From Prorocentrum cordatum (taxonomy: Eukaryota), in contig CAUYUJ010000048.1 in the NCBI GenBank assembly GCA_963575745.1, positions 1-64,000 of the forward strand: a stretch of 64,000 nucleotides of DNA, written 5' to 3'. The position numbers and the translations under genes are program-made. The number at the start of each line of letters is the position of its first letter. The first letter of the stretch is position 1. The notes beneath the pieces are model-generated. The model was not told the DNA's origin. It ran no database searches and worked only from the letters and a program-made list of their open reading frames with translations. This document shows positions 12,702-24,720 of this stretch, piece by piece.

Positions 12702-15700
12702 AAAGAATCTGGAGAAGTTCTGCCATTTGGGCATTTCGATATTTCTCCTTCCGTTTTGCCTGATATTCCTGGTACGACGTGTCATGCCGCTCCATGAGGC
12801 GGTGGGCCTTCGGTACCTCCCATGGCATGGGTTCGGCTTCATGCGTTCTTTCGCCACGCTGAAACCTCCTCGGTCACCACGAAGGCGCACTGATCACGTT
12901 TTTTCTTTTTGGTTCAAAGCGCACACCCGAGCCTATCGACACTCCATTCAGCCGCGAAGCTTGGAGAAGCCTGGCGTGAGCCGGCCCCGGAGGGAGGTGT
13001 CCAAGTCCTTCATCGCACTTGTTTGCAGTCGGTGAGCCAGCTGCGGTTGGGGGTCTTCAGAAGTATATGGACGTGGCTATCGATAACCCGCAATTCAAGG
13101 TCTATCCAATCGAAGGCGGCGCCCGTGGGCAAAGCCATTGAGTCGGTGACCACGGACAGATTCTCTTGAAACGCCAGGCGAATGAAGGCCACTAGGCACG
13201 AATAACAATACCACCGCGAAAAGTCCATGACGTCACAGACATACTGGGCCTATCCAATGACCTGGACCAGTGTGAAGCTAGTGTATACAAAGCCCTCGAA
13301 TGTAGCCTCTTCGTCAGCTAATTAGCAGAACGGCAACCGCAGCGGCGGACATGACCCCCCGATGGCGAGGCCAGCAAGTTCCAACGCAACTGCAATCAGA
13401 ACGCCGTGAGCAACGTCGTGGCCATCAGCGCCCGGGTCACCACATCAGCATTCACGAAGAATACCCCTAGCGCCACGTGGTAGCATGGGCCACGACGTGT
13501 GGCGCACGGCCACGGTGGACCAGAACATCTTCGGAACCAAAGGACGTACTTGCCCGCTCTACGTGCCGACGCCACGCAGCAATCACCCGGGTACAAGAGC
13601 ACGCCTCGAACGTTTGGTCGAAGTACGTAATTATGTCTAGTGTCGCGGCGGCCAGACAGCCGTCCATGGAGCAGCCGCAGCGCATGCAGCATGGGGACGG
13701 CGAAGCTATCAGAGCTCCGACGAGACTGTCCAATCGGCCCCAGACATACGATATATTGAACAACTCGTTGTAAGCGCCAATAGCTTCAAGAAGACCTCGC
13801 ACAGCCTAGACGATCACCCGCCAGCCATGCGCTTGCTGCACGTGGCATCCGCCAGCACGAATGATTCTTTTTTTTCGCAAGCTCGCATGCTTCAGCCAGA
13901 GTAGCACGCTCTTGACGAGCGGGAACAAGATGGGGGCGGTCAACTCTGATACTGGCCCGCGTCGAAGCCAGGCAGGTAATCCGAACAACGACCAGGCATG
14001 CATGAACGCTCGAACAATCAGCACATTCAAATCCGAGCGGACTGTCCACGAATTGTCGTCAATTGCATCTTGGAGCAGTTTGAGAACGGTTTCCCTGGGC
14101 GGTATCAGCCACGCTTTCGAATGGTCGCGATAATCCCCTACGATTGCGTCATCACTCCGCGTGGCTGCGAGCACGGGTCCATCCGTGCTGCGCCAAAAGC
14201 TCTGGCGCCTCTGGCGGCGCCAAGCGCCTGAAACATTTGTAGGACATCCGCTGGCCATGCTGAAACGCCCAAGGATGAAGTCGAAAGGCGTGGCACCAAG
14301 AAGTCCAACTACGGGCGAAACACCACCAAAGGGCACATGCTGACCGCCACTGGGGAAGTCCCCAATTCCCTGGAGCGGCTCGCAGCCTAGGTGCCCTCGC
14401 CCACCGCGCGAGATCTGCATGATCAACCCCGCGAAACTTCGCGTCCGAGAAAGTGCTCAACACGTGCTTGACCCAGAATTTGTCGCTCCAGAGCGGCTGC
14501 CTTGCTACGACGAAGCGCACGTTGCGCCAGAGCCACACCCTGGCAGTCTCCGTACGAATCTGCAGGATAGACTCTTCCACGAAACGCCTGATCATTGCGA
14601 GGCGGCCCCGCAGCAAGAACGGCATCTCGAGCACCGGCACGCTGAGCGGCGGGAGCCGGTGAACATTCAGAAGGTAATTGATCTGCGGCCGAGCCGTGGT
14701 TTGGGCAGAAGGTCCACTAATGACCTTCAGCATACCGCCTGCCGTCTCCTGTAAGAAACTACGTCATACGCGCCTGTAGACGAGTCGCGGCAGAGGTGAG
14801 GAAAAGACGGAAAGGCCATGCCGAAGATGAAGAGTGGACCAATATGCCCAGATACAGCGAGCAGCATCTGCTGTACATCAGCATACACTCGCCCAAACGA
14901 CTTTCGAACCACATCCAAAGTTTACCATGTCTGTCCTCGCTGCCCATCATGACCACTGGAGGCGACGGCGGCCAAGAACACGGGAAGCGTCCAGAGGCTC
15001 ATGCACCACCGACGGGCCCAGAAACGCGTTGGGGGGCGACAGCGAGGCTGCGCTCGTCCGGGCCGCTTGCTTCACCAGCTTTTCGGAGCTGACGGTCAGC
15101 AGTGCGTTCCGCTCGACAGGCGGGATGGGCGGCGAACCGGATGACGACGCTTTCAAAAGCATGGCTCCTGACATTCGCAGGGGCGGCTGCGACTGGTAAA
15201 AAGCACACGCTGCCACAGATTTCCGAAGTAATTTGTACTTAGCTTGCGAACCATCTTTGGTGCTAGGACGGAGAAGACATTGCAGGTGTTCGCCAAGGCG
15301 TGACTGTAGGCTTGGTCTGCCGCCCTGCTGCGTCGCCCGCGCTTTGCCAATGCACAGGGTCGAGTGGGAGAAGAAGGCATGCACGAATTCACCGTCAGAT
15401 GAAGACCACGACAATGACGTGCGCGAGTACTGCTCGAACTCTGTGTTGTACTGATCGGCAGCGAATCGAACGTCGATGGACAGAAGCCAGAGCACACGCG
15501 CAGTTCTTTGGGGCAGCATCGCCCGGCGCATAGCGATCCGCACCCAGACAGCACCGAGGCGACGAAGATGTGCGACAACGCCAGCTCCAGATGCGTGTTG
15601 GTACGCCCAGTGCGCAAGCCTGAGGGACAGAGCGTGCGCAGCCCCACCCCTGCAGCCACCATCGGGGCATTCAGGCCATCCTGTCGAGCCCGAGCCCACG

Positions 15701-15891
15701 CACATGTCGGCACCTCACGACGAGAACCGTCGCCTCGGCGCCCAGCGACGCGATTATTGCGGATTGGACCGGCCATGACTTTGCGATGGAAGCCATGCCG
15801 TCGCGCTCACATCAGAGATATGTAGAAGGTAACGTATGGAAGAAACCACAGATCTGCTGTTGCGCACTCGCCGGTCTGGACTGTGGCGCAC

Positions 15892-16106
15892 CCCTCCGTC
15901 GAGGATGGCAGTGAATTTGTATCTTGTTGGTATGGTCCTGCTGCCATCATGCCTAGATCGGAAGGCTCGAGAGCGGGGAACACGCACAAGCGGTAGAGCG
16001 TCCGTGAGCCATAACAGCCATGCAGAGAAGGCGGGCGAAGGGGATGGGGAGGGCGAAAGAAAGCAAGGGTTGATGCAACGTGGCAGGGATCACCCGCTCC
16101 CGTCGG
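15892..16106. repeat. Pseudo-LTR copy 2 (upstream of the element ORF)
   Basis: Diverged direct repeat of 12470-12701; similarity ends at the same ccgctcccgtcgg. Confidence 0.85.
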
Positions 16107-16189
16107 CTTCCCTTCCCCCCACCATCCCTCATGCCTCTCCCTTCCCCTCCCTTCCCCTCCCGTGGCTTCCCCCTCCTCCCCTGGCCCTC

Positions 16190-16477
16190 TCTGGAGCCCC
16201 CTCGCCTGTCGATCCTCGCCCTCGTTGCCGCTGCCGTCAGCGCCGTCGGTGAGGCCGTCGCCCCCCCGGAGGCGGCTCGCGGCGGCGGCGGCGGCGGCGG
16301 CCCGACGCGGCTCTCCTGGGCGTCCTGTCCGCGGCGGCGGCTGCGGTCGCTGCGGCGTGTGGGCGCGGCCTCGCGCCTGGCGGCGGCCGGGCGTTCGCAG
16401 CCCCGGCGGCGCTGGCGGCCTCCGGAGCTCCCCTCGCGTCGGCGGCGGCGGCGCGCGACGGCGGCGGCGGCTCCAGG
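16190..16477 (+). CDS. Possible upstream exon (hydrophobic stretch then Arg/Ala-rich presequence-like segment)
   Basis: LSILALVAAAVSAVGEA..RRRRATAAAAP ends at CAG|GC, a possible GC donor. Linkage to the 18948 exon is unproven. Confidence 0.3.
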
Positions 16478-18094
16478 CGTCGTCAGAGAAGCCTGTCTCG
16501 GGCCCCTGGCGGATCGATCTGGTGCGAGATTTGCCACTCTGAGGAGTGTTCGCGGTCGAGAGTTCTGGCCGCGTTTTTGTTTGAAGGCGTCGCGATTATG
16601 TTCACGACGTCGGTCCTGGGGCCTGCGGGGAAAACTCGCCAGGGTTGCCGCCCTCTGGGTCCTAGATGGAGGAGGGGAGGGGGGAGGATGAGGAGGAAGA
16701 GAAGCAGGGAGGGAGAGAGGGAGGGTGGGAGGAAGGAGGGGAGGAGGAGGAGGAGGAGGAGGAGGAGGAGGAGGAGGCCTGCGGAGGAGTAGCTAAGTAA
16801 CAGCAGTAACAGTAGCAGGACCATGTGCACGGACAGGGTGGGAGGAGGAGGAGGCGGTGGATGAGTAGATGTCGAGAAGCAGGCCAATCACAGAAGAAGG
16901 CGGGTGAGGCGCCAGAGAAGGGGGAGGAGGAGAAGGCAAAAGAGTAGCGGGGGAGATGGATGCGCAGCAGCAGACAGAGTCAGGAGGAAATGAGGAATGG
17001 GTCTGGGACAATAACGGCGAAATATTGGTGGCCGAAACGTGGGCACCGCCAAAAGGGAATGCAGATTCTTGTGAGCGCCGCGCGCGCCTGGAGGGCGAGG
17101 CGGGCGCGATACGTTCTTAAGGACAAGCGCAGGGGCGCAAATATAACCGCGCATTGCGCTCTGCGGCCGGGGTTCCCTCGACTGAGGCCGCGCTAGGGCG
17201 CGAATATTTCCGCGCTTCGCTCGGCGCGAAGCGCGAAGCAAGGTTACCGTAGAGGTCGGCTGGTTGGGGTACCTGTGCTGGCGCGCGTGAAGACACCGAC
17301 CGCGCTGTGTCATGGCGCCCAATGCTTCTTGAAGTATCAAGAGATGCTCGCAATGAGAACCCCAGGAGTCCGAGAGCCCGAGTCCATCGCAACCCCTGGG
17401 TTCGAGTCCATCGAAATTTTTGGGTTTTTGTGGTCGCAGTCCTGCAACCAGAAGGACGCAGTGCTTCACTGCATCCTTGCATCTTCGGCCCCTCCTCATC
17501 CAAGTTGCCAGTCACGTGCCACCGAAGCCGTTTCAGCGTGAATACCCGAAGGGCAAACCATCGTTACACCTTCCAGCGGCCCCCCCCCCCCCGCGGGAGG
17601 CCCCTGGTGGCCTCCCCTGGAGGCCGGCCCGACCCCTCCAGCGGGCTTCAAAGCGTGCTGCAGGCGGGACGCGTTCTGCCCCACCGCGAGGAGGCACGCG
17701 GGCGCTCCACGGCGGCGCCGAGGGGCCGGCGGCGGCCCCAAGGCGCGCGGCGCGCGTGCCCGCGAGGGCGGCGGTGGGCGAGCAGGGCGCCGAGGCCCGG
17801 CCGCGGTGCGCACGTGCTGCTGCCGCCGGTGCCAAGCAGAGGGTGCGATGGGCGCTCTCGAGTCTCCACGTGCTGCGTCCTCTTGGGGAACCTCTGGGGC
17901 GGGGCGCCTACGGCCGCCACACACGGGGGAGGACGGAGGAGGAGGATGCAGGGGGAGGGAGGAGGAGGGAAGAGGCCTTATCGCGAGATCCAGAGGAACG
18001 AAGGCTCAAAGTTGTATGATCGCACACTGTGTGGAATTTCTCAAAACTGCTGACACGTCAGGTGTTGTGTGGCAAGCCGGGGGCTACCCAGCAG

Positions 18095-18295
18095 GAGGAG
18101 GGAAGGGAGGAGGAGGATGTGGAGAAGGGAGGAGGAAGAGGATGGGGAGAGAGGAGGAGGAGGAGGAGAAGGAGGAGGAGGAGGAGGAGAAGGAGGTGGA
18201 GGAGGAGGAGGAGGAGGAGGAGGAGGGGGAGGAGGAGGAGGAGGAGGATGCTGCTGCTGATGATGCTGATGATGATGAGGATGATGATAATGATG

Positions 18296-18334
<39 letters not shown>

Positions 18335-18388
18335 ATGATGATGATGACGATGATGATCATGATCATGATCATGATGGTGGTGGTGGTG

Positions 18389-18419
<31 letters not shown>

Positions 18420-18890
18420 GGAGGAGGAGGAGGAGAAGGACAGGGGTGGCAGCAGCACCAGCGTTGATACCGACTTTAGCGGGGAGGGAGGGAAAGACAG
18501 GAGGAAGGGGAGGAGGTGGAGGAGGAGGAGGAGGTGGAGGAGGATCAGCCATGATGGTGATGATGATGCTGATGATGATGCTGATGATGGTGACGATGAT
18601 GATGATATTGAGGAGGAGGTGGAGGAGAGATGATGATGATGATGAGGAGGAGGAGGAGGAAGAGGAGGAGAAGAAGAAGATGGAGGGACAGTGCTGGGAG
18701 GAGGGTGATGAGGAAAGGATGATGCTGATGATGATGCTGCTGATGATGATGATGGTGGTGGTGGTGGTGATGTTGATGGTGGTGGTGATGTTGTTGATGA
18801 TGATGATGGTGGTGGTGTTGATGATGATGATAATGATGGTGATGATGATGATGATGATGATGATGAGAAGGAGGAGGAGGAGAAGGACAA
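18095..18890. repeat. Compound (GGA)n/(GAT)n microsatellite
   Basis: Seen directly; another (GAT)n lies at 19590-19890. Confidence 0.95.
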
Positions 18891-18947
18891 GGGTGGCAGC
18901 AGCACCAGCAGCAGGGGAAGTGCCACCCAACCGCAGATCCCTGTCAG

Positions 18948-19214
18948 GCTGCGGCCGCCCCCGAGGTCGACCCGGGGGTCGCTGCAGACGAGGAGGACGA
19001 GAGGAAATTCAGGGAGCAGCTGCCGAACATAATCCTGAGCATCGCGTCTGTCGTGACTGTCGGGAGCCTCGGAACCATCGCGGTCCAGGGCTCGGAGATC
19101 GAGTTCTTCGTGCCAGCCGCAATGTTCGCCACCTTGGGCGGGGGCGTCGCATTGGCCGTCTCGGGCCTCATGGCAGTCTCGGGCGGGGGCAAGAAGAAGA
19201 AGGGCGGGCAGTGA
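18948..19214 (+). CDS. Probable terminal exon of a host gene encoding a membrane protein with two hydrophobic segments
   Basis: Follows ctgtcAG and reads AAAAPEVDPGVAADEEDERKFREQLPNIILSIASVVTVGSLGTIAVQGSEIEFFVPAAMFATLGGGVALAVSGLMAVSGGGKKKKGGQ*. Codons are GC3-rich and UTR-like sequence follows. It is absent from the ORF track. Confidence 0.6.
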   Translation, partial: AAAAPEVDPGVAADEEDERKFREQLPNIILSIASVVTVGSLGTIAVQGSEIEFFVPAAMFATLGGGVALAVSGLMAVSGGGKKKKGGQ

Positions 19215-19494
19215 TAGTAGTGCCCAGCTGAGGGGCGCGCGGAGGAGATCTGAGCGAGGCGCTGCGCTGATAGCTCTTGGGCACTTGGAGGCTTCTGTGG
19301 TTTACCGTCTTCGCTTCCGTTCATCCCCCCATGTCTCCTCCATAGCGCTCGATTGCGTGCATCTTCGTTTGCTGCATCATCGTGTCCCCGTCGTGTGCGT
19401 TGTTATTAGTAGTTTGGCATGCTTGCCGCCTCTCCTGATGAGACATTATCTGCTTTGTTGCCCACCTCTCTCTGTCTGCCTATATGTTTGCATA

Positions 19495-19805
19495 ACCGAC
19501 CGCGGGCGATAATAGCCCCTCTGGGATAATAAAGTTCGCGGTTCCCGCGGGGATAAAAGGTTTTTTTCCCGGGGAAGGTAAGTTAATTATTATGATGATC
19601 ATGATAATGATGATGCTGCTGATAATGATGATGATGATGATGATGATGATGATGCTGATGACGATGATGCTGATGATGATGATGATGATGATGCTGATGA
19701 TGATGATGATGATGATGAGGATGATGATGATGCTGATGCTGATGCTGATGGTACTGATGATGATGACGATGATGCTGCTGCTGATGATGGTGACGATGAT
19801 GCTGC

Positions 19806-19846
<41 letters not shown>

Positions 19847-19847
19847 C

Positions 19848-19882
<35 letters not shown>

Positions 19883-20191
19883 GTGACGATGATGGAGGAG
19901 GAGGAGGTGGAGGAGGAGGAGGAGGTTAATCCAGGCGCACGACAGAAGCCTGACTCGAGCGATCTCGAGGCCCGTGGCTACTTGCCTGCAGAGTCGCACT
20001 ACACGAGGATGACTCGAGACATCTCGAGGCTCGTGGCTACTTGCCCGCAGAGGCGCAGGACACAAGGCAATTCTTCCGTGGATTATAAAGTTCGTCCTCC
20101 GCGCCTTCCCCACATATAGATCCCTGTGGTCGGGACTAAAAAATGGAGGGGGTGAAGGGTGGGCGGTACTTTATTTTCGCCCGCGGTCGGT
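19495..20191. mobile_element. Candidate MITE with 20-bp terminal inverted repeats
   Basis: accgaccgcgggcgataata (19495-19514) matches the reverse complement of 20172-20191 at 19/20. The interior is non-coding and holds a (GAT)n tract. Confidence 0.55.
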
Positions 20192-23100
20192 CAGTTATGT
20201 ATGCGACTTCTTGTCTTGTCCGCCTCGAGCGTCATGTCAGCATGTCGGTTGCGTGGTTGAGATGCCCCATGTGAGCGTTGAAGAGAACACGTGCCGACTG
20301 ACGTTCGCGCGCAATGTCGCTGCGCCTCCCTGCTGCCTCCCAGTTCGTCCCCAGTGCTGCCGAGATTGCCCGCGCTTCCGCCCCTTGGGGGCTTTCGGCG
20401 ATTGGCGATGTTGCAGGGGGGGGAGGTTGTGGTCAGCTGGACCCGACCCAATGACGGCAGCTTCGTGCATTCTCGATGCGGCAGCGGTGCCGGCGCGGGC
20501 GTTGGAGGGTGAATCCCTCAATGGGGCTCGGCTCGGTCCTTGGGACCCATAGGAAGCGACACTTGTTGCAGCGTCAGGGGCCAGGGCCTGCGTGGTTGAG
20601 GCAGGAACCTGACTCATCAGCCTCCCGCGCTCGAGGGTGCGCAGCGGCAGCACTAGAACCGCAACTGTCCAGATCATCGGGCGAGGGAAGGTGTACGTGT
20701 AGACACCTCCGCAGGACCTCCACGGGCCAGTTTTTGTTCAGGTCTTGGCCTGGAGACGCACCAAGATCGAGGTTCACAATCGGCCTGTGGACGGCTTGTG
20801 GTGGTGTATATTTTCTCGCCCATTGAATTGTCTTGGGGGTGTAGGAAATTGGGTTAGCGAGAGGAGAGGAGAGGTGGAAGGATCGATCAGGACTCGACGT
20901 GAAGTGGGGGCCGTCGCTGCGTAATTCGCGGTTCCGGTGAGAGTCCTGCGCTCCGTTTCACCCACCCTTCCACGGCATATTTCCGGCCGTAATACCTATG
21001 AAGGAGACCATCGTTGGACCCGCCTGCATGCCCCCCCCCCCTTCGCCATGTAGATCCCCTCCCTCCTCCCTCCCCCCTTCACCTCCCTCCTTCCTCCTCC
21101 ACTCATCCTCCTCCCTCCTCCCTCCTCCACCTCTCTCGGAGACCACTGCGCGCCTCGTCATCATGGCTCGTGCTCAGGCGGAGGACGAGGCTGCGGTTGC
21201 GGGCTGCAAGGTGGGTTGGAGTGAAGGTGGGTTTTCCATATGATTTCCTAGGGCCAAGCAGGGAGGCCTCCTGCGTATCGCAAGGTTCATGAGCCTGGTT
21301 TTGTTCATGTTGCCCCTAGCGTGCATCGCCCGCATCACGATCACCGTTATCGATGCTCAGAGGGTCTCTGAATGCACTGAAAACAACTAGACAATGATTG
21401 CCCTTGCTTTCTGATTCCGTCACATTCGTTGAAGTTGATGCCGCCTGTCGTAATGGTTACACTAACCTGCAGGAGAGACAGGGATATTTGCTTCGTGTTC
21501 TTGGCCGTTGCAGAAGGCGACGTGGCTCTAAGGCGTGACCCAGACCAGGAAAGGCGAGTGCCAATTTCTAGAGATGGAGTGGTCACGTTCACTATGTCGG
21601 GCACCGTCTGCCGTAATGTCACACGCTTTATGATTACTTGTTGCTTGTGTTAGAAATATGTGTTTGACGATATGTAGCTGCTGCTTTACGGTCAAGTATT
21701 TCTAGAGCTGTTTTGCTACTATGAGCGACTCGCCGTTGATGGGGAAGCATCGGAATTAGAATGGCCAACCCGCGCCAGCGGGGCATGCAAATCCACAAAT
21801 AATCCGCACCAATGGGGCAGACAGCGTCCTTGCTCCGCTACCTACTGACACATTCGCGCATGCTTTCTTTTCTTTTTCGTGAACGTTACACGTGCAAGAC
21901 TGGCCATAGGCGCATCTGGAGGTCGCAGGGGGGAACCAACTGCTCCGCCCGACGGAGTCCATGTTTGCCAGGGCCACTTCAAGGACAACCATCGGGGTAA
22001 CCATCGACAGTATTTTTTACCCCCACGGCCATAACGCGCGTTATGCCCCCTCTCGCGCCTCCGACACTGCTGCAGTGCGCGCGTGCAGCACAGTCTCGCA
22101 GCAAGTTGCGGCCGCAGTGCCTGCGTTTCCTCGCAGGCCATTCCCTGCACGCTATTTGCTATTGTTCTGCAGGCTACTGTGGTGTTCGCAGGCTACTGTG
22201 GTGAATCTGGCTTTTACAGGGTCATTGCACGTGCTCGCAGACATGGTGCTGCGTTCGCCGGCCATTGTGCACTTGCAGGGTGCGGCATGTTTTTGCGCAC
22301 GCGCGCGCGGAGTTCACATGGTATTTTGGTGTTGGCAGATTAGCAACTAGTGGTATAGGTGGCAGAGGTATTGGCAACGGCAGTAGCAGTACCAGTGGTA
22401 TCAGGAGGGGAGGAGGAGGAGGAGGAGGAGGAGGAGGAGGAAGGGGGAGGGTGGAGTGAACCGGGGGGGACGTAGTCATCATGACCGTTGTCGCGATCGT
22501 CTTGTGGTCGTGCTGATCGTCGTAGTGGCTGTCGTGACCGTCGCATTCGTCTTGGACTCAGTGATACTGGTCGTAGTCGGCGTGTGGCCGTCGTTGTGAT
22601 TGCCATCGTGGCTGTGGTAGTCGTCGTAGTTTTCGTAATCGTCGCGATCGTCGTCGTAGTCGTCGTTGCGGTCGTCATCGTGGTCGTAGTCGTGTGGTCG
22701 TCCGAACTGTTGTCGTGTTCTCACAGTCTCTCATCAGTAGTGTGCGCGCTTACTGGCACCAATGTTGCTCGCTCCTTCGGGCCGAGGGGGCGCCCAGGCA
22801 TCTCCCAGAGCATAACTCTACAACCGAAGGGTAATCAACGGAGGCAGTGTGGTGTACACATGCGCTGTAGTGCACGCAGGCATCGCGGTGTACGCAGGCG
22901 CTCTGGTGAACGCGGCTCCTGTGGTAGGTGCACGCAGGCGGTGTGGTGCACGAAATCACTCTGTTCCGCGACGCAGGCACACATATGTATGTGTGTATGT
23001 ATTGTCAGATGACCCGTATCGTCCTAGCTCTGTGCGTATGAGTCACGTTCGGCCGTCAGAGGTCAGTGTGCAGGTTGACACCGTTGATGCATCCCTGACC

Positions 23101-23499
23101 CCCTTTTCCTCCTCCGTTCCAATTGGGGCTCTAAGGTTTGAGGCGCGAGCGCCCGCGGCGGATGGCAGGAGCTCTCTGGATTCCTGGGCTGGAGGCGGCG
23201 GCGCAGGTCACCCCAGTCGTACCTCCTGCGGTGCCCCGCGGCCCCGGCGTGCCCCGCGCTGACTTGCGCGCAGGCCGCGCCCTGCCCGCAGCCTGTGGCG
23301 TGCCCGCCGTGCCCAGCGTGCCACGCCAGTCAGTGCCCGGCGTCGCCGGAGGCGGAGGACTGCAACGTGCAGGGGCTGGTGCTGTTCCTGCTTGGCATGC
23401 TGGCGGGCTCTTGGGGTTCGTGTTGAGTGTCGGCCGTGTGGTGAGCACTGGCGCAGGCCGCGGATGCGAGTATGTCGGAGCGAGGCGAGTAGTACCAGC

Positions 23500-23700
23500 T
23501 GGCGTGGGTTCGCTATCGAGTGGCAGGGCCCGCCCTTTACCATCAAAGGTTGCTGTTGAGGCGGTTCCGATCGTCCGATGACGCCTGGGTGGTCCTCGCG
23601 CCGGATGGCGACATGTACGTAGAGAATCTTGTGGTCGGGGAGGACATTCGCGAGCTTTTGTGGGAGCGTGTAGACAAAACCGCGGACCTCAGAGCGGCCA
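23500..23700 (+). pseudogene. Probable N-terminal motif of the same gag-like family, in opposite orientation
   Basis: WVRYRVAGPALYHQRLLL..WVVLAPDGDMYVE is protein-like. The family link is from recollection only. Confidence 0.4.
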
Positions 23701-24195
23701 TCACGCAGCAACTGGACCAAGCCAAATGGCGAGTCAACTCCACCCAGGCTGGGCAAGCTATATCCATCGGCGCCACAGTCACAGGGGGCACCCTCGTAAC
23801 TGTGGTTTGCCCGGAGCTCATTGAAGCCCCCTTCTGGCAGGTGAGGACGGCGGGAGGCTTCCCCACTGTTCGACGCTGGCTCTCACATTTGCCATGCCGA
23901 GGTCATGCGCGAGCGGCCGGGAGCGCACGGAGGCGCTGGGGTCAGCGCCCTTGCATTGGTGGCCTCCGATCTCTTTCAGGGAGCGGGCAGCGTCTGCGCA
24001 CCACTGGGCGGAGTGCTCCTGGGCCTCCGCGCGGCGCTTGACCTTCCGACAGAAGCTGTATTTGTCGAGCCCAGTCGGGCAACCGAAGCCTTCAGCGTGA
24101 AGCTGTCGTGCGTCACGTTGGCCAAGCACCGCACCAGCCTGTTGAAGGCGATGATGCTTCCGCTTTGGTAGACGGGCCGACGGGTCGGGGTCCTC

Positions 24196-24720
24196 TCAAC
24201 CATCCTTGCGCGAGAGGCGTGCTTCCTCTCGCGCCTTCCGCATCTGCTCGGCCACACTCGCGTCCTTCTCGAGGTCCTCAGACACCCACTCCACAAGCTC
24301 TGGGCATATCATATCTTCTCCGCCGAGCCTGTGGGAACCCGTGAAGTGGGACGCCTCCTCCTTCGTCAGCCCGGCACCTTGGTCCTTGCCGGCATTGGCC
24401 TTGATCTTCTTCTCATAGTAGTGGTGCTCGATCAGCTGGCAGCGCCGGAGGATGACTTCAAGCCCCGCCAGGTTCGGGATATCGACCTGGTCGTACTCCC
24501 CGAAGAGTTGGAACACGCGCATCCTGTGCTCGTGCTCCTGGACTCCGAAGTCGGATCCCCGCAGGCGGAGGTGCCCAACCCGCCGGCGATGGTGGTCGAC
24601 TGGGCCCCCGCTTCGGCGGTCCACGAACGGCGCGCGCCAGTCGACCGCGCGCTGGCCTGGCAGGGGCCAGTCTGTGAACGTCACTTCCGCCATCTTGGAC
24701 ACCGTCTTTCTCCACAGGCG
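24196..24720 (-). pseudogene. C-terminal part of a gag-like ORF, probably from a dinoflagellate retroelement
   Basis: GC3-rich, protein-like sequence DWPLPG..QEHE..YDQVDIPNLAGLEVILRRCQLIE..CPEL..RKAREE. I recall this motif set from repetitive dinoflagellate element proteins; not verified by search. Confidence 0.55.

Larger units (their letters stand above)
12470..16106 (-). mobile_element. Decayed Penelope-like retroelement with GIY-YIG upstream of RT and direct terminal repeats (pseudo-LTRs)
   Basis: GIY-YIG-like FVHAFFSHSTLCIGKA..RLGEH..AFESVVIR (about 15130-15400). RT-like motifs ATLDI (about 13620-13650), GLAIGG (about 13345-13372), YVCD (about 13230-13243), FDWIDLEL. Multiple frameshifts and stops. 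Direct repeats of about 220 bp at both ends. Confidence 0.72.

Noticed and set aside
15775..15820. Possible hammerhead ribozyme on the minus strand near the pseudo-LTR
   Set aside because: It reads ctgatgtga...gcaaa rather than CUGANGA...GAAA, and stems I and III could not be established.
17806..20119. Poly-Asp/Glu/Met/His ORFs
   Set aside because: These are translations of (GAT)n and (GGA)n microsatellites.
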